Origin: Felis catus
Lineage: Eukaryota
Length of the DNA stretch: 64,000 nucleotides
Assembly (NCBI RefSeq): GCF_018350175.1
Contig: NC_058368.1
Location: 137,828,001-137,892,000 of the forward strand
Direction of reading: 5' to 3'
Shown here in pieces: positions 49,486 to 61,190 of this stretch. Made by a program: the position numbers and the translations under genes. The notes under the pieces are model-generated. The model searched no databases, was not told where the DNA came from, and saw nothing but the letters and a program-made list of their open reading frames with translations. Within the stretch, counting starts at the first letter, position 1. Each line of letters starts with the position of its first letter.

Positions 49486-50289
49486 CAAAGTGATAAAAAT
49501 AAAAGAAAATACAATATGGCAAATCTAGTCCAGTTCTACAATACTCTTAAATTTAAAAAAAAAAAAAAGGTCTTGTAGTATCAGTTCCCTGCCTTATAGA
49601 GAACTTTAAAGTATTATAATGTCCCAAAGACATCTATTCACTAGTTTTCAATGATTAATTTGTAAATGTATGGGTGTAAATTTTGCTCTCTTAATAGAAA
49701 TCAACTTCTGGGAAGCAAATAAATGAAAGTATGAAGAAAAGTATACTCAGTTTGAATGGAAAGGCCTTACAAAAATCATGTGCCAGCAACTAAAATAAGG
49801 TCTTCCCTCATGTCAAGTAAATAGAGATTATAGATACATCTACATTTGTCTATGACTTTTGGTCAGACTAATCAATAGGCATCCAGCATAGCAGTACAAG
49901 TGTCAGATATCCGAGAGTATAGGTTATTATAACTCTTCCATTCTAGTTGAACAGTGTAGACCCGTTAAGCTAAATTTTATGGTTAGAGCAGTCTCTCACC
50001 TTTACTGGTTTGCCCACCAACTCCAAATTATTTTACCTAGATTATTCATCTGGTAGATTGGTCAACTTATTCATAAGTCAAAAAACATTTATTGAATGCT
50101 AATTATGTGCGAGGTGTTATGGGGAAACGAAGAATTACAAGGCATAACCATACTTTTAAACAACTTAAAACACAGTGGATACTTAATAGTCGACACTTCA
50201 TAAAAACTCCTATGGAATTAATACAATTAAGTAGTACTAATAATAAACTCTTCAAGTTTAGAGAGATAAACCCTTCACTGAAGGCAAGG

Positions 50290-50510
50290 AAGAGTAATGG
50301 AGCCCAGATTCTAGAATCAGAACCTTATCCTAGCTCATCCACTTACAATATATGATAATGACAAATTGCTTAAACTTTCCATACTTCAGTTTTCCTTTGT
50401 GAAAAACAGGGTTGTCCTCCTGTAGGATGTTTGTGAGAATTAAATGAGATGAGTTACATAATATATTCAGCAAAGCACTTAGCACAGAGTGCACCATATG
50501 GATTAACTAT
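50290..50510 (+). mobile_element. MIR
   Basis: acaaattgcttaaactttcc...ttcagttttcctttgtgaaaaacaggg...tgtgagaattaaatgagat...aaagcacttagcacag. Confidence 0.75.
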
Positions 50511-51867
50511 GTAGTAACAGTATTCATTCATGGAGTATTTGTATTCATGGACAGGAGAAACAACTCAGCAGGGTCATAGGATGGAGACTACGGAGAGAAG
50601 AAGAAAAAGATATTACAGCTATGGAGAATGATATTATCAATAGTGTGAAAAGCAGGAAAATTACTGGGTCTACTGGGACAGTACGGCCCAGGTGTGAAAG
50701 GTCGTGAACAAAAGGCAAACTCACTACTTCACTGCAGAAGCAATAAAGAGCCACTTCCAGTTCTTGAGCAGCAGTGCGACATGATTAAGAGGTCTTTGTA
50801 AAGTTCATCTGCAGTGTATATTGGGCAATGGGGATACTGGCAATAAGGAGGCTAGAGTGGAAAAAGTATTTCAGTGGTATAGACACAGGGCAATAGGGAC
50901 CTGATCTCTGATTGTAACAGTGGGAGTGGATGAGGGAGAAAAGGCAAGTCTTTGCAAAGGAAGGATTGATCAAGTGTGGTGAATAACTGGGGGGGAGAAT
51001 TCAGGTGATGGCAGAATAAACGATGATTCTGAAAATGGTAAGCCTGGATTAATAGGAAAATGGAGTATTATGAATGGAAGCAAAACAGTCAAGAAGGGAA
51101 GCCAATTCTAGAATGATGCTCATCTTACAGAAGCAAAGGTTGAGACTTTTAAGTGGATCGGTCTAGCCAAAGTTGAGAATTTAGTACCACAGCATGGAGA
51201 AGATGTCTGTACGTGGTACCCTGGTGCACCATCGGAATTTGTTCTCCCTGTGCCTCATTCACTATCTTCTTCACTTTTCCCAACTGGCCCCAGAAGGCAG
51301 TCTTGCCTTCTACCTCTTTATCCCCTTCCACCACTATCAGGATGGAAATTAAAAACAGTCTGCAGATGTCTGACCTGTCTCTAAAAACACCATTCTTCTC
51401 CTTTCATCATTCAGAAAGTTATAGCTCCCACAGAACTTTCCCATTTTGGAGTCAATATAATAGAAATACGCTGAAACATGCTTCAACAGCTAACCACATA
51501 ACTCAACTGAAAAGACCCTTAGTCCACCTTTTCCTTCCTCTTTATATCCAAAATGGTTCTAGGCACGGCCAAAGAAACCTCAGATTTGGTAATCAGACAA
51601 GGAGTGTCTGTTGGTTACTTTATATGCATTTGGCTGACTCCGTGTGATGAGGCTCCAGTATTCATTTACCTGCTCACTGAAAATATTCTGCCCTTTCATG
51701 CTGCTATTTTTAATACATTCTATTCCCATGTATATATAATTTTTCTTCCTTAAGATTCATGTCAAGCATTACTTCTCCAGAGGCTTCCACGACCCTTCCA
51801 CACATAGTTATTTCTTTCTCTGTGATCTTCTACTAATCAGTTCACACTTCTATTAAAGCACATCACA

Positions 51868-52080
51868 GGGGCGCCTGGGTGGCTCAGTCGGTTGAGCGTC
51901 TGACTTTGGCTCAGGTCACTATCTCACGGTCGGTGAGTTCGAGCCCCGCGTCGGGCTCTGGGCTGATGGCTCAGAGCCTGGAGCCTGCTTCTGATTCTGT
52001 GTCTCCCTCTCTCTCTGCCCCTCCCTCGTTCATGCTCTGTCTCTCTCTGTCTCAAAAATAAATAAACGTTAAAAAAAATT
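51868..52080 (+). mobile_element. CanSINE (young felid type)
   Basis: Perfect TSD ttaaagcacatcaca at 51853-51867 and 52081-52095. Confidence 0.97.
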
Positions 52081-52502
52081 TTAAAGCACATCACATAATA
52101 TTTTAATTAATATATATATCTTTGTTCACTCCCCTCCCCAGATACATTCTTCTTCTTTGTATCCACAGCACATTGCGCCATGACTGGGACACGGTAGATG
52201 CCCACCAAATGCAGGATAAATAAATGAATGAATGATCAGGTGTAGATCTTTGGCTTCCCTTGATCACTTGTTTTGGTTACAATATCATATCTTAATGTGA
52301 TTTTTATTTGTATTTTCTTCAAATCTTATGCCATTTTATGCCTGTACTGCAATATAGGCCCAAGTATCTGGTAACAAATTCCCAAGTTTTGACACTTTAA
52401 AGGCATTTCATAGGAGCTGGTTTTAGTTTGTTATAAGTTTTTCGTGTATTTTGTTGAATTTGTAATAAAAATGCTCATAATTTTTTCAAGAATTTCTGTT
52501 CA

Positions 52503-52691
52503 GGGGCACCTGGGTGGCTCAGTCTGGTTAAGTGCTCAACTTCAGCTCAGGTCATGACCTCGCGGTTCATGGGTTACAGCCCTGCATCGGGCTCTGTGCT
52601 GACAGCACGCAGCCCACTTCAGATCCTCTGTTTCCCCTCTCTCTGCCTCTTTCCTGCTGGCTCTCTCTCTCAAAATAAATAAACTTAAAAA
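52503..52691 (+). mobile_element. CanSINE
   Basis: TSD aagaa(t/c)ttctgttca at 52488-52502 and 52692-52706. Confidence 0.95.
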
Positions 52692-52722
52692 AAGAACTTC
52701 TGTTCAAACTGAGCAAAAGCAT

Positions 52723-53204
52723 ACCCCCATGTTTATAGCAGCACTTTCAACAATAGCCAAATTATGGAAAGAGCCTAAATGTCCTTCAATTGATGAATGG
52801 GTAAAGAAGTTTGGGTTTATATATACAATGGAATACTACTTGCCAACGAGAAAGAATGAAATCAGGCCATTTGTAGCAACATGTATGGAACTGGAGGGTG
52901 TTATGCTAAGTGAAATAAGTCAGGCAGAGAAAGACAGATACCATATGTTTTCACTCATATGTGGATCCTGAGAAACTTAACAGAAGACCATGGGGGAGGG
53001 GAAGGGGGGAAAAGTTACAGAGAGAGAGGGAGGCAAACCATAAGAGACTCTTAAATACTGAGAACAAACTGAGGGTTGATGAGGGGTGGGAGGGAGGGGA
53101 GGGGGGGAGGGGGGGTGATGGGTATTGAGGACGGCACCTGTTGGGATGAGCACTGGGTGTTGTATGGAAACCAATTTGACAATAAATTATATTTAATATA
53201 AAAA
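52723..53204 (+). mobile_element. 5'-truncated felid L1 (ORF2 C-terminus plus 3' UTR)
   Basis: MFIAALSTIAKLWKEPKCPSIDEW...MELEGVMLSEISQAEKDRYHMFSLICGS*; TSD aaa(c/t)tgagcaaa starting at 52706 and 53205. Confidence 0.96.
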
Positions 53205-54083
53205 AAATTGAGCAAAGCAACATGTTTTAAGTTGCTTTAAGATAAACTGCAGGCAAATCAAAAAGTGAACAAAAAATTAATATTAATTACTAGAGACTTT
53301 TTTTATGATACACCCAGATTTTTATCAGACACCCATGATCTGGTTCCTCTGCTCAGCTCTCTTCGATTCTGTGTGGTCCCTTCTGGCTTATTTAAAAAGC
53401 GAGAGGCCCATCTATGTGAGCAGGTAGATGAATGGGTGAGTAAAAGAAGCCAGTCTCTCTCTCCACATACAGATCTCCAAAAATAATAGGATACATGTGT
53501 GTAAAAGTGGTAAACCACTAATAATATTTAGAACTCCACAATTCCTAGTGGAAATAAAATAATAAAGCAGTAAAGCATTCAAGAATAAGAACAAGTACCA
53601 TGGTTAAAACATTGGCATCAGAACTCAAAGCTTGTCTGAAACCCAATCACTCATGATTTGGTCTGCTTACAGTAGGAATTTAGATTGCTTTTATGTCATG
53701 GTCCACTTAGAGATAGGCAGGCCAGACCTCCTGGCCAGGATCTGCATTAAGACTGTGCTGTTACTTATGCGACTGCTGAACACACTCATTGTCAATGGGG
53801 ACTTTTAACAACTGAATTACCAACAGAATTGGTTGAGTCCCCCTTATGCTTTGGTAGGGGGGGTAAGAGAATTGCAACCATGTCTAGAGTTAACAAATAT
53901 CTCACTTGCAATAGCTCAAAATTACAAAACAGGTAAGGTAATGTGTCCTGCTTGGCTTAGAAAGACATTAATAAGTGCTACTCTTTAAACACTCAATACT
54001 TTGTTTCACATACTATTTCCAAAATAAGGCACACATTTCCAAGAACCATCCTTAAAGCCTGACTCTAGAAAGAAGCCAAATTT

Positions 54084-54302
54084 GGGGCGCCTGGGTGGCG
54101 CAGTCGGTTAAGCGTCCGACTTCAGCCAGGTCACGATCTCGCGGTCCGTGAGTTCGAGCCCCGCGTCAGGCTCTGGGCTGATGGCTCAGAGCCTGGAGCT
54201 TGTTTCCAATTCTGTGTCTCCCTCTCTCTCTGCCCCACCCCCGTTCATGCTCTGTCTCTCTCTGTCCCAAAAATAAATAAACGTTGAAAAAAAAAAAAAA
54301 AA
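54084..54302 (+). mobile_element. Very young felid CanSINE
   Basis: Diagnostics as for the 24498 and 36053 copies; TSD agaaa(g/t)aagccaaattt starting at 54067 and 54303. Confidence 0.97.
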
Positions 54303-54336
54303 AGAAATAAGCCAAATTTTTTAAACCTTCAAGAGA

Positions 54337-54556
54337 GGGGTGCCTGGGTGGCCCAGTCGGTTAAGCGTCCGACTTCAGCTCAGGTCACGATCTCGCAGTC
54401 TGTGAGTTCAAGCCCCGCGTCGGGCTCTGTGCTGACCGCTCAGAACCTGGAGCCTGTTTCGGATTCTGTGTCTCCCTCTCTCTCTGACCCTCCCCCATTC
54501 ATGCTCTCTGTCTCAAAAACAAATAAACATTAAAAATAATTAAAAATAAAATAAAA
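54337..54556 (+). mobile_element. CanSINE
   Basis: Perfect TSD taaaccttcaagaga at 54322-54336 and 54557-54571. Confidence 0.97.
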
Positions 54557-54574
54557 TAAACCTTCAAGAGAACT

Positions 54575-54830
54575 CATGTATGCAAATGAGTGTTTCCCTC
54601 TAAGCAATCACTCTGGGAGGCAGTTATCAATACCAATGATGCTATCATTCCCAAGAATCTTTTGAGAAATCTCCTTTTGTAACTAGTTTATTCAAGATGG
54701 TAAATCTTCAGGGACATTTTGTTGTTTTGCCAAAAACCCAACTTGGTCATCTGTTTTATTCACCATATTTGACTGTCAGTGACATTTGGTTAATTGAAAA
54801 AATCAAATCCACCCTCGAAGAATGAAGTCT
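54575..54830. mobile_element. Ancient mariner-derived fragment (MARNA-like)
   Basis: 54757-54825 reads YSPYLTVSDIWLIEKIKSTLEE*, resembling the mariner YSPDLAPSD...KIKSTLKG motif. Confidence 0.6.
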
Positions 54831-54847
54831 GCCTAACAAACGGGCAA

Positions 54848-55067
54848 TTTTTTTAAAATTTATTTCAGAGAGAGAGAGAGAGAGAGCACACAAGTGGGGG
54901 AGAGGGGGAGAGGGGGAGAGGGAGAGAGAGAGAGAGAAAGAATCTTAAGCAGGCTCCACACACTCACTGTGGAGCCATTTGTGGGGCTCGATCTCACAAC
55001 CCGGGGATCATGACCTAAGCCAAAATCAAGAGTCAGACATTCAACTAACTGAGCCACCCAGGTGCCC
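54848..55067 (-). mobile_element. Older CanSINE
   Basis: agaatcttaagcaggctccac...aaaatcaagagtcagac...ccacccaggtgccc. Confidence 0.93.
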
Positions 55068-55296
55068 ATCAGGCAAGAATTTTACTGTTCCAAAAAGTTT
55101 TCAGCATTGGGCCTATCAATAGAAAATACAATTTTAAAATGATCAGTCTTTTAAACATCACATGTAAAATACCTGTTGGAAGGACAGGGCCAAATTCATT
55201 GCCATAATTAATTATGAGAAATCGAACAACGAAAGCTCTTGCCACACCCAGAGAGTTTTATTAATGAAATACTGACTGATTGCTTATTTTGTACTG

Positions 55297-56150
55297 ATTT
55301 TTTTCAAATTTGTATTAAAAAAAAAGTAATAGACTCACAAGAATTTGCGAAAATAGCACGTGAAGTTCCATATTCTCTTTGCTCAGCTTTCTCCAATGGC
55401 AATATTTTATGGAATTGCAGGACACTATCAAAACCAGGAAAGTGATGCTGTGTAACACTGTTAAGTAGGTTATGTAAGAAGACTTTATGATGTTCGTGTG
55501 TGTGTAGTTCTATGCAATTGTATCCCATGTACAGATTCATGTAACCACAATAATCAGAGTACGGAACTCTTCCATCACTACAAAAAGAACACCCTCTTGC
55601 CACCCTTTTATATATGGACCCTCCCCTAATTTCCCTGTTGTAGGCAACCACCAATCTGTTTCCCTCTCTACCGTTTCGTCATTTCAATAACGTTATACAA
55701 ATCATATCATACAGTACCCTTTTGACATTGGCTTTTTCACTAAGCATAATGCCTTTGAAATCCAGTTTGTTGCATGCATTAACACTTTACTCCTCTCTGA
55801 TGCTGAGTATTCTTCCATTGTATGAACATCCCAGAGATATTCACCCATTGAAGGAAATGTAGATTGTCTTTATTTTATTTTTTTGTATAACAAATAAAGC
55901 TGCTATGGACATTTTTAAAGATTTTTCTGTGAACATAAACTTTCATTTCTCTGGGATAATGCCCTAGAGTATGTGTGCTAGGCTGTATAGTATGTACATA
56001 TTTAGTTTGTAAGTAACTGATAGACTATTTTCCAGAGTAACTGTACCATGGTATATTCATACCAGTAACGTATGAGAGATCCAATTTCTCTGCATCTTCA
56101 CCAGCAATTGATATTATTGCTATTTCTTACTTTAAGTGTGTAGTTCCCTT
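55297..56150 (-). mobile_element. Ancient L1 (L1MC/MD-type) 3' region
   Basis: ggcaaccaccaatctgttt...ttttcacttaagcataatgc...aaataaagctgctatggacatt...ttccagagtaactgtacca...tgcatcttcaccagca. Confidence 0.85.
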
Positions 56151-56153
56151 TAG

Positions 56154-56365
56154 TTTTTTTTATTTAAAAAAATTTTAGTATTTATGAGAAACAGAGACAG
56201 AGCGTGAGTGGGGGAGGGGCAGAGAGAGGGAGACAGAATCCAAAACAGGCTCCAGACTCTGAGCTGTCAGCCCAGAGCCCGATGCCGGGCTCGAACCCAC
56301 GGACTGTGAGATCATGACCTGAGCTGAAGTCGGAGGTTCAACCGACTGAGCCACCCAGGCGCCCC
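56154..56365 (-). mobile_element. CanSINE
   Basis: Ends ccacccaggcgcccc; flanks agttc(c/t)cttt. Confidence 0.95.
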
Positions 56366-57439
56366 AGGAGTTCTCTTTCTCATTTTCAGAAATTACTGCT
56401 CCAGTTTATATGACTGGTACTATCATAAGTCAGGAGGGATAACTTTGTCTTCAAAATGGCTTCCTGAGTATGAACTTCTAGATTCATTTTACATTTATAT
56501 TAATTTTTAGATTTAAGATCATAAAAATATGTTTTCTCGACTTCAAATTTACCTGCGTCCAGTAATAAGCAATCGAAACCTCACTTCAGTCACTTGCACT
56601 TGGTCTCGTAATTTCTCCCATGGCACAAACATACCCACACCTAAAAATGCTGTCTTTCCTGGGAAAAAAAATCCTACTAGCTGCACTGTCTTGCTTTTAC
56701 TGGGGGAGGAGAGCACTGGTTGCCTCTGGTTGAATTCATGAGAGAGCTGGCTTTGTGGCTGAATTGCTGGGGATGCTGGGAGAGAGCAAGACAACCAGAA
56801 TTCTGCAGGTTTGCTGTGCTTCCTTCATTTCCAGAGAACAGCTTTTCGCTGGTCAACGTTAACTGGCCTATATAATGATCCATTAAAAAAAAAAAAAAAA
56901 GAGTATAGACTGCTAAGTTAGTTGCAAAATCAACACTTTACTTCAAACAGAATTCAAAGTGCACTTGACAGGCTGTTTCATTAAGTACTTGCCTGTCTAA
57001 GGTAGAACAGACTAGATGTAATTCACTTTTCCCCTCAAGTTCACGCCATTCTTTGTGAAGAGGCCCAAAGTACTTACTACTAGTATTAGGGGCTAAAACA
57101 GCAAGTAGGAAATAGAATCCAATCACAAAAGCAGCATATGGCTTCTGCTCTCCTTATACGTACCCACAACTGCACGCTGAAAATTACGCACCTGAACGTT
57201 ACTACAGTTAAAACACTTCATCATATTTATTTACTTCCTTGTAATCGTAAAATTACCTCTGCTGGTTCATAATGATGTGTTTTGGTGGCGGTTGGGAGTT
57301 TTGGGGAAGAAAGAGTGTTTGTTTTTAATTTAATTTTGTTTGGTTTTAATTTCAGAGTAGGGTAAAACTTTCTAGTCTGCCCACGCTTCCTGACCTATAC
57401 AATTTGACTTACCATTTATATTGTCTTATAAATAAAAGT

Positions 57440-57900
57440 TTGAACAGATGAACCTCAAAAACTTGCTGATGCGTAAGAGAAGCCAAACAAAAGACCACTA
57501 TACACTGTGTGACTCCACTGATAAGTTCGAGAACATTTAAAACTAACCTATGGTCACCTTTTGGGATGAGCACTGGGTGTTGTATGGAAACCAATTTGAC
57601 AATAAGTTTCATATATTGAAAAAATTTTAAAAAATAAAAATAAATAAAAATAAATAAATAAAACTAACCTATGGTGATAGGAATGAGCATGGTGGGTGGG
57701 AGTAGGGTAGTATTGACTGGAAGCAAGCATGGAGAAGTTTTCTGGGATGGTGAAAGTGTTCTGCAACTTGATCTAAGTAGTGGTTACACAGGTGTGTGTG
57801 TGTGTGTGTGCACGCAATCACGTGTGTACACACACAAACTTCACCAAGTTGAATGCTTAGGACTTGAGCACCTTACTACAGAATTCTTTAATTAAAACAT
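57440..57900 (+). mobile_element. Ancient L1ME-type 3' end
   Basis: gatgaacctcaaaaac...aaaactaacctatggtgatag...ttctgggatggtgaaagtgttctgcaacttgatct...ggttacac. Confidence 0.75.
57555..57658 (+). mobile_element. 104-bp extremely truncated felid L1 3' terminus
   Basis: gggatgagcactgggtgttgtatggaaaccaatttgacaataa plus A tail; perfect flanking repeat taaaactaacctatggt at 57538-57554 and 57659-57675. Confidence 0.95.
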
Positions 57901-58378
57901 AAATTAGCAACTGAAATGAAAGACTAAGAGGCTTGATGATAAAAATCACAGAATAGATTTTGGTTTTTCATTTCAAAGACTCCAAAATTGTTTTAATTTT
58001 GGAGATTATAATTTTCCTCAATGCAAGGGAGCCATGCTTCTCATCTCTTCTTTTCTGCCTCTCCCAGCTTCTTAACTAGTTAGATTTATGTTGCTAAGTC
58101 ATGCATATTGTAACTGTTAAATTAAAATATTGTGAAGTGGGGTGTGGAAGCAATAAAACTCTATTAAGATCCGTTTAGGCCTTTAAAAATTCCATGATTC
58201 CTTTCACTCACATGACATCTTTCATTCCTCTTTTTGAAGTTTGGATCCAAGGAATGTTGCATGCTGTGGGCTGGCATTTAGTTAATAGCATCTTTAGCTG
58301 AGGTTCCATTTTCTAAATTAACAAGATCAAGAACAGTGACCTGATATTTCTTTGTACATCTGGCTCTTTTCCAAAAAG

Positions 58379-58520
58379 GAGGATTAGGGAGCAAAAGAAA
58401 GAGAAAGTGAGAAAGTGAGGAAGGAAGGGAGGAAGGAAGGGAGGGACCAAGGGAGGAAAAGAAGGAAGGAAGAAAGGAAGGAGGAGAAAGAGGGAGGAAG
58501 GAAGGGAGGGAGGGAGGAAA
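58379..58520. repeat. GA-rich low-complexity polypurine tract
   Basis: ggaaggaagggagg-type degenerate units. Confidence 0.85.
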
Positions 58521-59219
58521 TCTAACCATTTTGGTCACCTTTATTCTAGGGCAGAATGTGTCTCAAATTTTTTGTTAAATATCACATTTTTTACCATCTA
58601 ACAAAATGTATAAACAACCTCACACACACACAACCTGTAGTTGCAATATACCTTCTATTTCTCATTTCTCTTGTTTCCCTAATTTCTTGTGCTTGAATCC
58701 ATGAAAAAAAAAAAATAAAGAAAAGAATTTCCATATAAACCACAGGGATAGAATCAACCGCTTGCTTAAGGAGTTGAGCCAAGTCAGGTTTAACTTCTTA
58801 AAGAATATTTGGAGATGGGCAAAGAGGGCAGAAAGAAGGCTGAAAAGTAGGGGAAGAATCTGTCTAGGCACGTAGTACGTGCTCAATACATATTTCTTTA
58901 GAAAAAGACCGGTGACAAACAAATACAAATTATTTATGCAAGTAAAGAACTGCTACAGCAAAGTGTGAGATCAAGACAGCGGATCAGGAGGGCAGCTCTG
59001 ACACCCCCATTCCCAGATGCTCGATTTGGAAATTTCATGTTTAAAAACTGGGTGGGGAGACGTAAGACCAAGCTATTCATAGGCAATGTGAGAAATAAGG
59101 AGAGACAGATGGGGAGAAAAATACGGAGCTTACCGAAAGCACAGGGGTGCTTTCCAAGCCGGGAAGAGGGAACTAGGAGCCTCTTTCCACTCGGCTGCCC
59201 CCAACTTCTCTGCTGTGCT

Positions 59220-61190
59220 GCGCATTCTAACGCAGTTGGCTGAGCCTTCGGCGTGGGACGCGGGCGAAGGGGCTAGGGACGGGTGGGAAAGCAGGGCCGG
59301 GCAACAGGTGGGGACGTGGTGGACTTTTGTCTCCGGGAAGGAAATCGGCTGCGCTGAAAGGGCGGAAAGCAGTGGCGTGCAGGACTTGAGTCTGCGGGGT
59401 CCCGGGCGTCGTCGCCATCACCCCGGGCTTCTCTAATTAGAGAAGGGATGCAGGGTGGCATTAGTTCCCAAACGTTTTAATCGAGCCTCTTTTCAATGGC
59501 CAGGGATAAATGTAGCCACTGTTACTCTGTGTTGAATGGGTCGCAAAGGCTCCCGCCCGGCCCCCAGCGTGGCCATTCAGGGTTCTTTTCACAGCCTCTA
59601 AGCGTTTCAGTCCCCAGGCCTAGCGACACTCCAGAGCGCTCCTAATTAGTCTAATTAGAAAGGTGGATTGATAAATGGAAGGGAGACAGAGTTGGGTTAG
59701 GAAGATGCTCAATGCTGCCAATCTCGGCTGGGTCGTCGCTTATTCTCTCCGGAAAGAAAAGAGCGCAAAAAAGGAGGTTGGAGCCGGAGCCCGCCCGCCC
59801 GCCCGCCCGCGCGGAGACTCGGCTCTGGCCGGATCCGCGGGCCGGGCGGTCATTGACCCCGCGCTTCCCGCCCACCGCCCGCCGGAGCCCCGCAGCGGGC
59901 ACCACCGCTTCCCTTAGGAGCGCGTCAGAGCCGCGGCCTTCCAGCCTCCGCCGCGCAAGACCCGGAGGAAGGACTGCGGACGAGCGGCGCACAGCCTCCC
60001 GCCTCAGGCCGGCGCCTCTCGGCCCCACCGGGTCCCGCGACCACCCCTTCCTCGCCGGGAAAACCGTGCGGAGGCGCGGCCTGCGTGGCGCAGCTGCGGG
60101 ACCCGAGAGGGTAGCGACTGGAAGCTCCGCGCGGGGCCTCTGCGTCCGGCCGCGCCACGTGGCCGCTCCCGCGCCCTCCCGCCACCGGCCATGCGTGTCG
60201 TGTGAGAAACGCCTCATCCCGATGAAGCCGGCACCCCAAGAAGGAAGTAACTTTGGTTTGGGGACGAGGCTTCACTGCGCGCGGCTGCCGGGCGCCGGAC
60301 GGTGTGCGTCCGAGGTTTCCTTGCGGTTCTCCGGAAGCAGGCCCCTCACCCGCGCCGCCGCCCTCGGGGTCCTGGGCGCGGCCGCGCGCGCCGGGACGCC
60401 GGGCACGGACCGGCCCCCCGGCCCCGCGCATTCCTGCGCTCGCGCGGACGGCGGGAGGCCGGGAAGGGAGCAGTGCGGGTGGCTTCAAGAACACTGAACC
60501 TTTAATTGGGCTATAAATCAGGCAGGGGAGTGCGGTGGAGTTTGTGCAGGTGTAAAAACAGAGGGGAAAGCCCGGGCCGAGCAGCCACAGCGCCCGGGCA
60601 GGTCAGAACCTCCAGCAAACTAACATCTTGATAAGTCCGCTGACAACAAAATAAACAGTGGAGAGGGCCGGGGAGGCGGGGAGCGCTGTCAGCCGCGGTC
60701 CGCGCGCAGCAGCACAGAGGCTGTCTGCTAGGGGAAAGCAGGCCTCTCTTGGTTTTTGTCTGGGGCTTTGGCGGGGCGGGGGGGGGGGGGGGGGGCGGGC
60801 TAGGGAGGAAGGAGAAGCAAAATTCTCTCCCTTCTCACCCTCTGGATTTCAGCATCGCATCCTAGTGGACAGAGGGCCCCGGGACTGTTAGACGATGAAG
60901 GTTTGGGGAGTGCGCGCTGCCTCAGCGACTGCCGCTACGTCCGGGTGCCTGAGCTGTCGGCGACCGCGGGCCTGGCCGTGGCTCGACGGACGCGCGGCCC
61001 TGTGCGATCGACGACGGGTCTCTGTGCCCCCTCCCAGACGCGGCGCCACCGGGAGACGAGCCACCGGCTCCGGCTTCATTGCAACGACTGACGTTGGGAA
61101 AACACTGCCGCGCCCCTGGCCCAAGGAGGTAACACACCAAGTAGAAAGAGCGATCAAAAATTAATTCGGTGCACTGCTCGGGAGCAAAAC
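59220..61190. promoter_or_regulatory. CpG island 3, candidate enhancer or non-coding promoter
   Basis: About 2 kb CpG-dense. CTAATTAG at 59433, 59642 and 59651; TGATAAATGG 59669-59678; ATAAATCA 60513-60520; TGATAAG 60629-60635; ATAAACA 60651-60657; G18 tract 60778-60795. Confidence 0.85.

Noticed and set aside
2289..56365. Recurrent MAQSVKRPTSAQVMIS-like peptides suggesting a small gene family
   Set aside because: They are translations of CanSINE bodies.
2289..56365. tRNA-like A/B boxes as tRNA genes, or dispersed repeats as a CRISPR-like array
   Set aside because: They are tRNA-derived SINE heads with (CT)n, A tails and individual TSDs; spacing is irregular and there is no repeat-spacer structure.
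57792..57838. (TG)n...(CA)n hairpin as a microRNA precursor
   Set aside because: Low-complexity dinucleotide expansion inside an old L1 3' end.
59651..61164. ORFs of 188-261 aa in CpG island 3, and similar ones in island 2
   Set aside because: Same GC artefact; no forkhead, homeobox or other domain in any listed frame.
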